Part shown: piece by piece, positions 46,382 to 56,295 of the stretch | Layout of the letters: the number at the start of each line of letters is the position of its first letter | How positions within the stretch are numbered: the stretch's first letter is position 1 | IMG/VR virus record: IMGVR_UViG_3300034409_000017 | Location: 1,137-65,136 of that record | Length of the DNA: 64,000 nt | DNA from: a virus | Strand: one strand, 5' to 3' | Made by a program: the position numbers and the translations under genes | Notes under the pieces: generated by a model | Database searches by the model: none | What the model was told of the DNA's origin: nothing | What the model saw: only the letters and a program-made list of their open reading frames with translations

Positions 46382-49176
46382 GTTATAGCACCTGCAGCTG
46401 GATTCAATCCGTAACGTTGTTCCATTGAAGGGGCGACCCCCTTCCCTTTCAAAGTGTTATTATTTATTTTATCCGTTATCTTCTCAACCATCACTTCAAT
46501 ACTGAATCCACCTTTACCATCGCTCTTTCTCTCAGCGGTGGTTTCCGTACCAGGAACATAGTTATGAACATTAACTTTAACCCCAGCCGAAGAAGGGCTT
46601 GGAGAGGTAGCAGCTCGAGTAATAAGGGTATTCTGCGGTCTAATCAGCCCTTGCTGATAAGTAGTATACGCTTTAGAAACTACCGCGTTAGAACTGGATG
46701 CAGGATTTAATACTGAAGGGGGACCACCAGTTGATGGATTGCTTGGATTGCTTGCACCCCCAAAACCACTCAAATTGAAGTACCCACCAAACCCTTCGAG
46801 CAGTGGTTTTACCGTCATTGCTCGTATGGCTATTCTCAGCATGTCTTTAATGATTTGATCCGCCATATCCTTGAAAGATAGTTTTCCAGTCATTGCAGCT
46901 TCAACAAGTACATCCGTAAGAGTATCAGCCCAAGCGTTGGAAGCCTCGATAATTTTGGCATTCAAGCTATCCATACTGCCCAATACTAAATCGTACTGTT
47001 GGTATGTTTTAGTCATGGCTCTTTGAAAAGTTTCTTCGCTAATAGTGCCAGCCCTCCGCAATCTCACGTATTCATGCAGCTGGGCGTTTAAGCGGGATTG
47101 ATCATCAAGAAACTCCTCAGTTACTTCCGATCCCCTGGACTGCAGCTGCCTCAACTTAATAACATCCTGCAATATGGTTCTTTGGCTATCGGTAATCTTT
47201 ACTTTTTTGCGAAGAAGGGCGTTTTCAGCTTTAATGGTTTCCTGCATAACCTCTCTATGAAAAGAAGTCAATTTTAAGAGCTTTATTTCCCTTTCAATGT
47301 TAGATATGTAGTCTTTAAAGACTGTGTTTGCTGATTGTCTTTGAGCAAACACATCATCCCTAAAAGGTAACTCCTTAGAGCTTTCCGCTCTGGCTTCCGC
47401 CAATTCTTTCCAGGTTTTAGCCGCGGACACTAAATGGTCTCTAACCCCAATAACAGATTTAACCACATCCTGCCCAAACCTATTCAAATTTACCCTCGTT
47501 TCATCAAAGGTTTTATTAAAAGTTTCATTGAAGTCTTTTTTAACAGTCTCAATAGTTCTTGAAGCTGCTCCACTATAAGCATTCTCAAACTTATCAAATC
47601 CAACGGAGTTTACATCTATATCGATTGCTGGAAGATAATTTAATAAGGAAACTATTCCTCTGACGGTTTTATTCATAATTTCAATTGCCCCATTGCCAGC
47701 TCTAATTGTTATATCTTTCAAAGCGGCTGGAAACATATTCCAAGCTGCTATAATTGAAGAAACCGAAGCGACCATCAAGGAAACCGATCCTGCAACAAAA
47801 TCAACTACGGCAGAAGTGAGAGCATTATACAGAGGAATTACCTGTGCTTTTATCTGCTGCAAGGCGTCACTGAAAAAGGTAACAAACTGATCCACAGCTG
47901 CACTCACGGTGGTAACCACCTTTACCCATGCTTGGGATAAAAACGTTAAAAGTCCAGAAAGTTTATTCGCTATATAATCAAAAGCTACCGCCGCGTAATC
48001 GCTAAGCGAGGCTATAGAACCTTCAATAGGTTTTATCTCATCACTAAAAGCTACCAAATAACCAATAGCTGAAGTTATACCAATAATAAACAAGCCCAAT
48101 GGATTAGAAGCAAGGGCGGCTGTAAACAACCTCACTGCCACCGTTGCCCTTTTTAGAGCAATGCTAAAAATAGCGGATGCTTTACTTCCTGCACCCAAAG
48201 CAATCTCTAATCTAATGAGCTCAGCAGCGGCTCGCGCCACAACCCCCAATTTTATAGATAGGTAAAATGCAGCCATCGTAGCCGCAGCTATAACGCCAAC
48301 TTTAACAATAGAGCCAAAACCATCCGCTACTGCCGTTATTCCGTCTTTAAGGGTGGAAAACACCCCAGAAAGCAATCTACTCTCACCAATAGCCTTTTTT
48401 ACGCTGTTAGCGACCCTATTTCCAACATTCTGAAAAGAGAACTCAACCAATTTAAAAGACTCGTCGGTCTCTTTTCCAACTGCTAAAAGCGCTTCAATCA
48501 ATAAGTGTGAGTTTAAAACGCCTTCGGAAGCAAGGTCTCGTATGTTTGCTTTTGTTACTTCAAAATCTATGGTGCCAGCTTCTTTTAACTTCCTAAAGCC
48601 TTCGATCAACCCTTGCTGAACGCCTAACAAGTTTTCCATAACAGAACGAAGCTCATCCCCCTGCAATTTGCCCGAAGCAATACCTTGAGAGAACTGAATT
48701 AAACCAGCACCAGCTTCTCGAGAATTGTTACCACCGATAAGAACCTGCTTGTTTAGGATTTCAGTAACCCTAAGCATTTGCTGTAGATTATGAGTTCCTC
48801 CCTTAGAAGCCAAAGATAAACGAGAAAACGTGGTTGCTACGGAATCTATTGTAGACCCTGTGGTACGAGCTACCTTGTGAAGTTTATCAAGAAAAATGGT
48901 GGCATTTTTCTGTGAACCCGTGGCGATTTTTACTTTGTTGTTTAAAACAACCCAAGCATCCGCATAGTTTCGCAATCCATTAAGGGCAGCACCAACACCA
49001 AGTCCAACTCCTACAAATCGCAGCGACCTGGCTAAGGCGTTGGCGGATCTTGAAGTGCTCTCACTTTTGCGCTTCATAGAATCCAAAGAGCGATTAACGC
49101 TTCTTGCTCCTCTCTTAGCTCCACGGGGGTCTATTCTAACGTGGAGTTCGCTTGTCATTGACCTACCAATATCCAT
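46378..49176 (-). CDS. Tape measure protein
   Basis: QFSQGIASGKLQGDELRSVME, lambda-type C-terminal GKLSFKDMA. Confidence 0.93.
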   Translation of the reverse strand: MDIGRSMTSELHVRIDPRGAKRGARSVNRSLDSMKRKSESTSRSANALARSLRFVGVGLGVGAALNGLRNYADAWVVLNNKVKIATGSQKNATIFLDKLHKVARTTGSTIDSVATTFSRLSLASKGGTHNLQQMLRVTEILNKQVLIGGNNSREAGAGLIQFSQGIASGKLQGDELRSVMENLLGVQQGLIEGFRKLKEAGTIDFEVTKANIRDLASEGVLNSHLLIEALLAVGKETDESFKLVEFSFQNVGNRVANSVKKAIGESRLLSGVFSTLKDGITAVADGFGSIVKVGVIAAATMAAFYLSIKLGVVARAAAELIRLEIALGAGSKASAIFSIALKRATVAVRLFTAALASNPLGLFIIGITSAIGYLVAFSDEIKPIEGSIASLSDYAAVAFDYIANKLSGLLTFLSQAWVKVVTTVSAAVDQFVTFFSDALQQIKAQVIPLYNALTSAVVDFVAGSVSLMVASVSSIIAAWNMFPAALKDITIRAGNGAIEIMNKTVRGIVSLLNYLPAIDIDVNSVGFDKFENAYSGAASRTIETVKKDFNETFNKTFDETRVNLNRFGQDVVKSVIGVRDHLVSAAKTWKELAEARAESSKELPFRDDVFAQRQSANTVFKDYISNIEREIKLLKLTSFHREVMQETIKAENALLRKKVKITDSQRTILQDVIKLRQLQSRGSEVTEEFLDDQSRLNAQLHEYVRLRRAGTISEETFQRAMTKTYQQYDLVLGSMDSLNAKIIEASNAWADTLTDVLVEAAMTGKLSFKDMADQIIKDMLRIAIRAMTVKPLLEGFGGYFNLSGFGGASNPSNPSTGGPPSVLNPASSSNAVVSKAYTTYQQGLIRPQNTLITRAATSPSPSSAGVKVNVHNYVPGTETTAERKSDGKGGFSIEVMVEKITDKINNNTLKGKGVAPSMEQRYGLNPAAGAIT

Positions 49177-49177
49177 T

Positions 49178-49477
49178 CTATGCCTTTTTATCCCTCTCAG
49201 CCATAATTGCGTGTTCCGCAGACTTAACTAAAATAACAAACCGCTCTCTATCAAAAATGCCAAAAATCTCGCAATACTTATCTATATCTACGAGACTTAT
49301 TGGTTCCCCCCTATAGAGGAGGTAAAAACAAGAAATTACCGCTTCCCAGCTCTCCTCTAAATGGGGTCTTGCCTGAAGAGCCTTTGGAGTTTTACCTGTA
49401 GACTTTTCAATACCTTCAAGAAATCCTACTTGTTCTCCCCACTCTTTTTGCCACTGGATGTATTCTCGGACTTTTTT
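49178..49477 (-). CDS. Tail assembly chaperone GT extension (-1 frameshift)
   Basis: Slippery A-AAA-AAG at 49477-49471; -1 frame open to TAG at 49178 (VREYIQWQKEWG...RDKKA). Confidence 0.85.
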   Translation of the reverse strand, partial: KKVREYIQWQKEWGEQVGFLEGIEKSTGKTPKALQARPHLEESWEAVISCFYLLYRGEPISLVDIDKYCEIFGIFDRERFVILVKSAEHAIMAERDKKA

Positions 49478-49866
49478 TCAGTCTCTTGAATCTCCTCATT
49501 TCTGTAATTAGATTCAGTAGAAGAAATATCTACCACCAGTTCCTTGAAACTGGAAAGCTGTGGATTGCTAAGAATTTCAATTGCTTTTTCCACACTGTAT
49601 GGTACATTCTTTCCATCACTTTTAAGCCCTTTCCAATCAAGTAATACGGTTTCCGCTATAACCCTATTCATTATTTCGTCCGCCTTTTCATCGGCTAAAA
49701 AACCTTTTCTGGCAGATTGCCTGTAAGGATTAGCGAGCTTCTCGAATAACTTATTGAAATTTGGATTATGCATTCTTGCAATACATAATTCCGTATCCTT
49801 ATCAATAGAAAACCAAATTCCTTCGATTTCCTTGCTCAAATCTAATTTTAATGCGGTGAGATCCAT
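49426..49866 (-). CDS. Tail assembly chaperone G
   Basis: E.EGIW, IARM.NP.F, VLLDWKG, YSVE.A; upstream of tape measure. Confidence 0.85.
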   Translation of the reverse strand: MDLTALKLDLSKEIEGIWFSIDKDTELCIARMHNPNFNKLFEKLANPYRQSARKGFLADEKADEIMNRVIAETVLLDWKGLKSDGKNVPYSVEKAIEILSNPQLSSFKELVVDISSTESNYRNEEIQETEKKSENTSSGKKSGENK

Positions 49867-49877
49867 CTCTTCTCCTA

Positions 49878-50153
49878 CTATTCCTTTAATAAATAATGTA
49901 TCATATAAGTAAACGTAATAACACCAACCCCGATTAGAATAATCAGAGAAGGTATACCTTGATTAATACTTGCTATGAATAAATCCCGTCGGAACACCTG
50001 CATAAGACACAGGCCAACTGCAATCAAAGCGATTCCAACCCTAACAAAAAATGCACAAACGCGGCAATCCGGTTTAAACGTGGCACAGAAAAAGTATAGC
50101 CCGCCAAGCACACACGAGTTCCAAAATAAAAATGCAATATCCAAACAATTCAT
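49878..50153 (-). CDS. Small multi-TM membrane protein
   Basis: 3 hydrophobic helices. Confidence 0.7.
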   Translation of the reverse strand: MNCLDIAFLFWNSCVLGGLYFFCATFKPDCRVCAFFVRVGIALIAVGLCLMQVFRRDLFIASINQGIPSLIILIGVGVITFTYMIHYLLKE

Positions 50154-50155
50154 AT

Positions 50156-50506
50156 CTATTTCCCCTCTTTGTTATCAGTACTGTTTCTTTTACCAGTCCG
50201 TACAATAGACGCAATCTGGGCAATCTCACTTAAAGAGTACCCAGACATTATCTGTCCCAAACTGGCAAATATCCAAGCAGATATTCCTGCTATTCCAGCC
50301 GCAGAGCTAACATCCATTATGCCGTGCGACCAACCAAAGTGATTAAGTATCGGCTTTGTGAAAATGACCACTGATGCAATAAAGAAAAAGAATCGTATCA
50401 GCCCTTCACGCACCGAAGCTGGTATAAAAATCAAACTTATCAAAACAAATCCAACACTTGCCCCAAGAAGTTTTCCAATTAGGTATTCACTTATACCATT
50501 GAACAT
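50156..50506 (-). CDS. Holin-like membrane protein
   Basis: 3 TM helices, P.SVREG..R motif, basic C-tail. Confidence 0.65.
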   Translation of the reverse strand: MFNGISEYLIGKLLGASVGFVLISLIFIPASVREGLIRFFFFIASVVIFTKPILNHFGWSHGIMDVSSAAGIAGISAWIFASLGQIMSGYSLSEIAQIASIVRTGKRNSTDNKEGK

Positions 50507-50515
50507 TATAACTCC

Positions 50516-51688
50516 TTAGGCAGAGATTTTAGTAATAATAAGGGTTTTTCTGCTTCTTGGATCCATCAAAGCCTGATAACCACCATCTACCATAACATCC
50601 TCATCCGGAGATCCTGCAACCAAAGAGGATTCTGTGAACTTGATATGCGGCAAATTAAAAACATACGTTCCTGCTTTTGGATCACTAAGGCTAAATACCA
50701 AGGAAGTCGATGAGTTCTTTAAGTATTTGTCATAAATTCTATAATCATCAAAGTAAGCAGACAAAGAGCCAGTAACGTTGAATCTTCCTTTTCCAACCCC
50801 AATGTTCCCAACAACCCCGACGGCTGTTTTGCCTCTTAGGTTATTACCAGCTTCTAAGGTTAAGGATTTTATGAGGGCAATTTCCGTAGCACCTTCAAGA
50901 ATCGTACCATCTTGAGTTCCGCTTGAAATGATGTCCGTAGAAGTGGAAGCTAAGACGTTTCCAGGATTCTTGGTTGCAGTTTCCGTATTACCAGATTTAC
51001 CCATAAAGTTGAAAGAACCAGTTATTTTGCTTTCAGCTTCTACTGATAAACTCATAGTATCTACTACCATACCTGCATAAGAAACAATTTTATCTACATC
51101 CAGGAACTCCTTTTCCATATAAAATGAGGTAGTATCAACCCCATTTACAATAGGCGTTCCTTTTATTCTCACTTCACCAGAAAAGGCGTCAGTTTTCAAG
51201 GCTGGAGATACAGTTATTGAAGTGGTTAAACCCGTTTCAACGATATCAGTAATAATAAAAATTCTATTATTTTCTGCGTTTGAAGCTCCAGACATCTCAA
51301 ATGCCATACCTTTGATAACCGCTGGCACATCAGAAGTATCCATCATCAGCTCACCAGAATCTTCAGCCGCCGAAGCTGGCAATGGTTCATCTATTGCAGT
51401 ACCCCAATCATTACAAAGAGCAGAGCGGATAAACTCATCATATGAGCCATAACTCATTTCGATGTTAATATCACCCGCTGCTTCAACTTTCGTTGGGATT
51501 AAATCGCTAATTTGCCTATCGCTTCTGATTTCTTCAGAAACAGTGGTCGCCCTTTCAATGCCAAGACTTTCCCCTGTAAATCGAAGTTCCTGCATATCAC
51601 CAGAAGAAGGAACCGTACCCCACTCTTCTTCTTCTATAAACCGCAGGGTGGTTTGATTAGTATCAGCTGTTGCTGTTTCAGTAGTCAT
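50516..51688 (-). CDS. Major tail tube protein
   Basis: LRFTGESL, SEEIRSDRQ, AGDI..E.SY, GRFNVTGSL.AYF. Confidence 0.9.
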   Translation of the reverse strand: MTTETATADTNQTTLRFIEEEEWGTVPSSGDMQELRFTGESLGIERATTVSEEIRSDRQISDLIPTKVEAAGDINIEMSYGSYDEFIRSALCNDWGTAIDEPLPASAAEDSGELMMDTSDVPAVIKGMAFEMSGASNAENNRIFIITDIVETGLTTSITVSPALKTDAFSGEVRIKGTPIVNGVDTTSFYMEKEFLDVDKIVSYAGMVVDTMSLSVEAESKITGSFNFMGKSGNTETATKNPGNVLASTSTDIISSGTQDGTILEGATEIALIKSLTLEAGNNLRGKTAVGVVGNIGVGKGRFNVTGSLSAYFDDYRIYDKYLKNSSTSLVFSLSDPKAGTYVFNLPHIKFTESSLVAGSPDEDVMVDGGYQALMDPRSRKTLIITKISA

Positions 51689-51696
51689 AAAATCTC

Positions 51697-52113
51697 CTAT
51701 TTTGTAAATTGATCAAACTCAAATGGGATGCTAACGTTTCCCTGAAACCAATCATCCGTTTTACCTATAATACTAAAAAATGGCGTTCTAATCAGAAGGG
51801 AGTCAAACTCCTGCTCAAGAATAAAAGAGCTGATAGAAGATGCCAAATCTGTTAACTTTCTTGTGCCTCTTCCTTGAACACAAAAAATTGAAATAATCGC
51901 AATTCCTGAATATCTTCTTAATACATTGCTGCCACACGATACGGCGATTGCATCCGCTTGCCTTATAACCAGCCTCGCCCAATCCCGTTTTTTAGCTTTA
52001 GCTTCGGAAAGCTGCTTAGTATCGTTCACGTTTTCATGCTGAATGGGCATACCTAACAACGTATCAGTTATCGAAGTTTCAAAGTATTCCCGCACTTTAT
52101 CAAAATCTATCAT
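51697..52113 (-). CDS. Tail terminator-like protein
   Basis: WARL.I, G...ISIF...G.G, WFQ.NVSIPF. Confidence 0.8.
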   Translation of the reverse strand: MIDFDKVREYFETSITDTLLGMPIQHENVNDTKQLSEAKAKKRDWARLVIRQADAIAVSCGSNVLRRYSGIAIISIFCVQGRGTRKLTDLASSISSFILEQEFDSLLIRTPFFSIIGKTDDWFQGNVSIPFEFDQFTK

Positions 52114-52508
52114 CGCGTAAGGCTATTCAACTGGTTAGTAACTTGGGTAAGAGTGAGCGCCACCATTCCGGTAGGGGCTTGTTGCGAATGACCATCTTCC
52201 AGCCTGTTTATGTATGGAACATAGTTCGAAATAAAAATTGGCTGTAATCCATTAGAACGGTGTAACTGAGCCGTTCGCAACAGGGTATCATCCTCACTTA
52301 CTCCAGCAGAAGGTGGTGCTGGGATCGCTTTTCTTCCTATTCCAATCACCCAGGATGCTCGAGCATTCCCAGTATCAACGGGGGTCTTTTTCACTATACC
52401 AGTAAAAACTTTCAAAGCCGCCAACTTGGTTACCCCACCCACATCAGCTGAAATCTGGGCACTAAACCGGTTTAAATCGAGATTAAATTCTCTCGCATTT
52501 AGTTCCAC
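52110..52508 (-). CDS. Tail completion protein (HK97 gp10-like)
   Basis: TPVDTGNARASW, N.VPYI.RLE.GHSQQAP.GMV. Confidence 0.88.
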   Translation of the reverse strand: MELNAREFNLDLNRFSAQISADVGGVTKLAALKVFTGIVKKTPVDTGNARASWVIGIGRKAIPAPPSAGVSEDDTLLRTAQLHRSNGLQPIFISNYVPYINRLEDGHSQQAPTGMVALTLTQVTNQLNSLTR

Positions 52509-52906
52509 TACGTACTCCTTCTAACTTTAAATTCATACAAGGTCTCAGTAGGATCTAAAATGGTATCTATAATGATCCAAGACGTGTCCTCCTTGACCCT
52601 TAAAACTTTAAACTCATTACTTACTTGAATGCTATTAAAATCTTTCTTTCTCGCAAGTATTTTCTTATCTGCAATTTCTGCTGCATCATCCAACATCTCC
52701 GCTTTATATGAAAATCGAGCGTCTTCAACATTGGACTCTAAAAAAAGACAATTAACAGTAACTTCTTCCGAGCCGCCGCTAACATCACCAGTTACTGTGT
52801 CATACTGCCCATTAAAACGACTAAAAGTAACCTCTTCAACAATCTGCGATAATTGGCTAAAAGCGGTTTCTATGCCTCCTTCTACCAATGATTTAATGTC
52901 AATCAT
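52508..52906 (-). CDS. Head closure/head-tail adaptor
   Basis: YD..TG motif and position in neck module. Confidence 0.7.
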   Translation of the reverse strand: MIDIKSLVEGGIETAFSQLSQIVEEVTFSRFNGQYDTVTGDVSGGSEEVTVNCLFLESNVEDARFSYKAEMLDDAAEIADKKILARKKDFNSIQVSNEFKVLRVKEDTSWIIIDTILDPTETLYEFKVRRST

Positions 52907-53454
52907 GTGCGTTTAAGTTTTATCACACCCCCAGTGGCTCCTAATCCTGCCTCAACGAAAATTGAAATCATCTGAGAAACGGTTTCTGGAATACCATTAC
53001 CATCAACATTGCTTCCATTTAGTATGGAATCTTTATCGAATTTGAGTGTTATTGATGAAACCTTTATCTCCTTTAGACCTGTGTCTAAAGGAGAATCTCC
53101 TGAAGGATTGGCAGAAAGCAGGGAGAGTGCTAACTCCCCTGTGGCGTGCTGAATTACGGGCGGAATGGATTCATAATCAACCGAATAACCGTCGTCGGTT
53201 ACCAATCCGTATCGTGGGAAGGCTAATTGCTGAGCTTCCGCAATCCGCTGACCTTTCCATCTATAAGAACGGGAAAGTACCGACGACGCCCAAATTAGCG
53301 CCCTTTCTTTTATTTCAGAATCTTGTTCATTTTGCCAAGCTGAAGTATGTAGCCTTGCATCAAAATAAGCATTTGCCTGATCTAAAGTGATAAAAGAGTT
53401 GCTATCCGGATTTTTCGGATCAACTATTAAGTTCGGCATCTCTAATACCAGCAA
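52903..53454 (-). CDS. Head-tail connector (DnaT-like annotated family)
   Basis: NSFITL..A.AYF, ALI.A, WKG.R..Q.LAFPR, IP..I..A..ELA. Confidence 0.85.
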   Translation of the reverse strand: MLVLEMPNLIVDPKNPDSNSFITLDQANAYFDARLHTSAWQNEQDSEIKERALIWASSVLSRSYRWKGQRIAEAQQLAFPRYGLVTDDGYSVDYESIPPVIQHATGELALSLLSANPSGDSPLDTGLKEIKVSSITLKFDKDSILNGSNVDGNGIPETVSQMISIFVEAGLGATGGVIKLKRT

Positions 53455-53821
53455 TATTAAATCGACTAATATCTGCTGCTACCTCTTCTACCTGATTACG
53501 TGTTACTTCTCCGTATACTGCTTCCACAGCCGCCATTGCTGGTGTACCTGACGCTGTCCAATGCTCATCATTGTTTTGATCAAGACCAAGGACTACGGTT
53601 CGCAAATCCAGCTGGGTAGAAGCATCGGCAGAGGCATCCGAATCGGCATCCGCATCATTGGTAGAAGCATCCGCATCGGTTGTTACCTCAGCGTTATGAA
53701 CTTCTCTCAAGGCATCTTCCCAAAGATGAATATTTGGATCATAATCCTTTTGATTGATTACTATCCAATTTTTCGACGAAAGTAACTGCACTCTAATGGT
53801 TTCTAAACTTGGCATACGCAA
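53420..53821 (-). CDS. Hypothetical head-associated protein
   Basis: INQKDYDP, D/A low-complexity linker, LD..NDEHWT..G.P. Confidence 0.65.
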   Translation of the reverse strand: MRMPSLETIRVQLLSSKNWIVINQKDYDPNIHLWEDALREVHNAEVTTDADASTNDADADSDASADASTQLDLRTVVLGLDQNNDEHWTASGTPAMAAVEAVYGEVTRNQVEEVAADISRFNIAGIRDAELNS

Positions 53822-53835
53822 CTCCTTTATTATTT

Positions 53836-53861
53836 GAATGGGGGCTTTTACGCCCCCATTC
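53836..53861 (-). other. Hairpin just downstream of capsid gene
   Basis: GAATGGGGGC-ttttac-GCCCCCATTC; lacks U-tract on the minus strand. Confidence 0.65.
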
Positions 53862-53873
53862 TGTTAAACTAAA

Positions 53874-54983
53874 CTACCCAGCAAGACGGGCAATTAACTG
53901 AGGTCGCACAACTGCTCCACCATACAGGATGTCGTAGCTGAAACGCACGCGCTTGTGCTCTCGGCTAATTTCCAGTCTTAGTGCCAATCCGGAAACCGGA
54001 TCGACCTGAGAGTTGATAATATTCCCGAGTCCCGTTCCTTCATCACCAAGTGGACGAGTTGCGAACGCTATAGCATCACGGTGGAAAGCCAAATTAACAG
54101 CGTGGCTCGCCATAAAAGTGAGCTGCGACGTGTCTGCAACATCCGCTGGGAGAGCTGGAGCAAAGGTAACTTTTGCGCCATCATACGATTTCACAACGTG
54201 GGTCTGAGTATTCCCAGCCACTGTAAAAATATCACCAACACCTGGAGCATTTGCTCCGCCAGTGACATTAAACTCCTTGTCTCCAGCTGAAACAGCGCCA
54301 TCCACAGTCCAATCCGATAGAGAAGCTGCGGTTGTATGATAAGGAATATTTTGGTCCATAAACCAATCAAATCCAAGTTTGCGATTGATCTCGCCCTCTT
54401 TTATACCGAACATCTCGCCATTGAAGCTGACATCCTGAAATGCGCGAAGCTCTAACGCTGAAGCCTCTGCAAGGGGGTCGATAACCACCCTTCGGTTTGG
54501 CTTTGGGGCTTTCATCTGATTTAAAACCATTGAGGCCTGATTGGCATCAGTAGTTCTACCATTCGAAAATGGAGTGGTTCCAGGAGTTCCAACCAACGCA
54601 AAAACATCTTTGTATTGATTCAGAATGAACGTATCTACAACGTCGGCCAATCCAGAAACCGCTTCCGAGGCTTGCATAGGAATAGTTCCGTCCATTGCCT
54701 GCTTCATATCTTTATCAGTCAAATAGAAAGGAGCTTCCTTCCATTGATCCAAAGGAATCGGGACACTTTCTGGTTCGATGGTGTCCGTATTTGGGGCATT
54801 TGGGGCAGGATTCACATCAGAGACAGGTATCGCTGATGGGATTGGTACGTTAACCGTTGCACCACGCTGCTGTGCAATAGTATCATAATCACGATTTACC
54901 AAACGTGGCATCACGCAGGTAGTTCTCAGAGCCATAAGGCCTTGAGCCAATAGCTTAGGGGTTACTGCTTCGAGTAAGTTCAT
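53874..54983 (-). CDS. Major capsid protein (P22 coat-like)
   Basis: VNRDY, G.TVNV..P, GFDWFMDQN, NLAFHRDA.A.ATRPL, YDILYG. Confidence 0.92.
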   Translation of the reverse strand: MNLLEAVTPKLLAQGLMALRTTCVMPRLVNRDYDTIAQQRGATVNVPIPSAIPVSDVNPAPNAPNTDTIEPESVPIPLDQWKEAPFYLTDKDMKQAMDGTIPMQASEAVSGLADVVDTFILNQYKDVFALVGTPGTTPFSNGRTTDANQASMVLNQMKAPKPNRRVVIDPLAEASALELRAFQDVSFNGEMFGIKEGEINRKLGFDWFMDQNIPYHTTAASLSDWTVDGAVSAGDKEFNVTGGANAPGVGDIFTVAGNTQTHVVKSYDGAKVTFAPALPADVADTSQLTFMASHAVNLAFHRDAIAFATRPLGDEGTGLGNIINSQVDPVSGLALRLEISREHKRVRFSYDILYGGAVVRPQLIARLAG

Positions 54984-55122
54984 AACAACTATCTCCTTAA
55001 TTTAAAGTTTAAAAGTTGAACCTCAAATCAAGCCCTGCCTTCATTGATGGTCTCTAATAATAGACACCGTCTACTGTTTAATTTTAATGCTGTATTCCCA
55101 CTGGGTTATTCATATAAATATA

Positions 55123-55151
55123 ATTATAACGAGAGACAATTCAAATGTCAA
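55123..55151 (-). promoter_or_regulatory. Consensus sigma70 promoter upstream of capsid gene
   Basis: Reverse complement TTGACA-17bp-TATAAT. Confidence 0.8.
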
Positions 55152-55405
55152 CCTTCTATGGATAACACTTCAACTCTCGTTAAATCCAAATCATATAAAC
55201 GATTAGTATCAAAATTTAATATTTTTATTCTTAAAGAGTAGGGCACCCACTCTTTAACTATGCAATACACCTTTTGATTTGCACCTCTCCTTAAAACCAA
55301 CTCTTTCCCAACCAACGCCTTTGCTATCTCCTGAATTTTGGAATAGTTATTATACACATCTTTATTGAGATCAGAAAGCAGAGATAAAATCTCAGGTGCT
55401 TGCAT
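55148..55405 (-). CDS. Hypothetical protein inserted between scaffold and capsid
   Basis: 85 aa, AGGA RBS. Confidence 0.6.
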   Translation of the reverse strand: MQAPEILSLLSDLNKDVYNNYSKIQEIAKALVGKELVLRRGANQKVYCIVKEWVPYSLRIKILNFDTNRLYDLDLTRVEVLSIEG

Positions 55406-55419
55406 TTCCTGGTTGCTGG

Positions 55420-56202
55420 TTAACCAGTATTAACCACTATTTTACCAGAAGCTATACCTTCAAGATTTTGAGAAAAAGCTTGCTTATCATTTCCACTTAT
55501 CATAGAAACACCAGGTCGAGGCTGACCACTACCATTAGCGCTGCCACCTGAATTGGGCTCGAATAAAAATGGTGCTTCTTTAATGAGATCTTCCGCCCAT
55601 TCTTTTACGGTTAGATGTTCCTTGCCATCTTTACCGTAGCGAGTATTGCCCTCTGAATCTTTGGCTTGAAGTTTTCCATCATCGCCAACAGACCAAGTGC
55701 CTGATGCGCGAGCCAGAATATCAGAAATTGCTCCTTGCTTAACAATTGTTAAACCAGTAATAGTTTTAGTTACCGCGTCATTTACCGATATTGAATTGAG
55801 ATTTTGCTTGTACTTATTAGCCGCTTCCTCTGCAGCTATCGCACGCTCTTCAATTTTTTTTATTTGATCTCCGTGTTGAGTTCTCATTCTTTCAGTTCGT
55901 TGCTCAAGTAGCTCGTCTACCTTGCCTGCATCAAGAAGCTCTTTGTCTTGAAGATCAGCTAAAGTCTTTTGCATTTCAGCATACTTTTCTGGGTCGATAT
56001 CCTTAACAGCTTCTGCAGCTTTTGTTAATTCTTCGATTCTTTTTAGGTGGTTAATATTATTTGTACGAAACTCGCCCAACTTTTCCTTGTAGTCTTTTTC
56101 TTCTACACCAACCAACACATATCCATCTTCAGTTTTCTCATAAAGTGAGTGAAAGGCTGAATCAAGCCCATCCAAAGTAGTTAAAAATGCTTTCAATTTC
56201 AT
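55420..56202 (-). CDS. Capsid scaffolding protein
   Basis: EFRTNN, coiled coil, APFLFE.NSGG; position before capsid. Confidence 0.82.
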   Translation of the reverse strand: MKLKAFLTTLDGLDSAFHSLYEKTEDGYVLVGVEEKDYKEKLGEFRTNNINHLKRIEELTKAAEAVKDIDPEKYAEMQKTLADLQDKELLDAGKVDELLEQRTERMRTQHGDQIKKIEERAIAAEEAANKYKQNLNSISVNDAVTKTITGLTIVKQGAISDILARASGTWSVGDDGKLQAKDSEGNTRYGKDGKEHLTVKEWAEDLIKEAPFLFEPNSGGSANGSGQPRPGVSMISGNDKQAFSQNLEGIASGKIVVNTG

Positions 56203-56242
56203 TTATAGTTCTCCTAAATAATTAACAAATTTTATAGTAACA

Positions 56243-56271
56243 ATTATAACACACATCCTAAATCAGTACAA
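56243..56271 (-). promoter_or_regulatory. sigma70-like promoter upstream of scaffold
   Basis: Reverse complement TTGTAC-17-TATAAT; spacer resembles the early leader spacer. Confidence 0.6.
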
Positions 56272-56295
56272 CTGCAAATTACAGTTTCTTAACAT

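Noticed and set aside
53610..53682. GCATC(C/G)-rich repeats
   Set aside because: Encode an Asp/Ala low-complexity linker within a CDS
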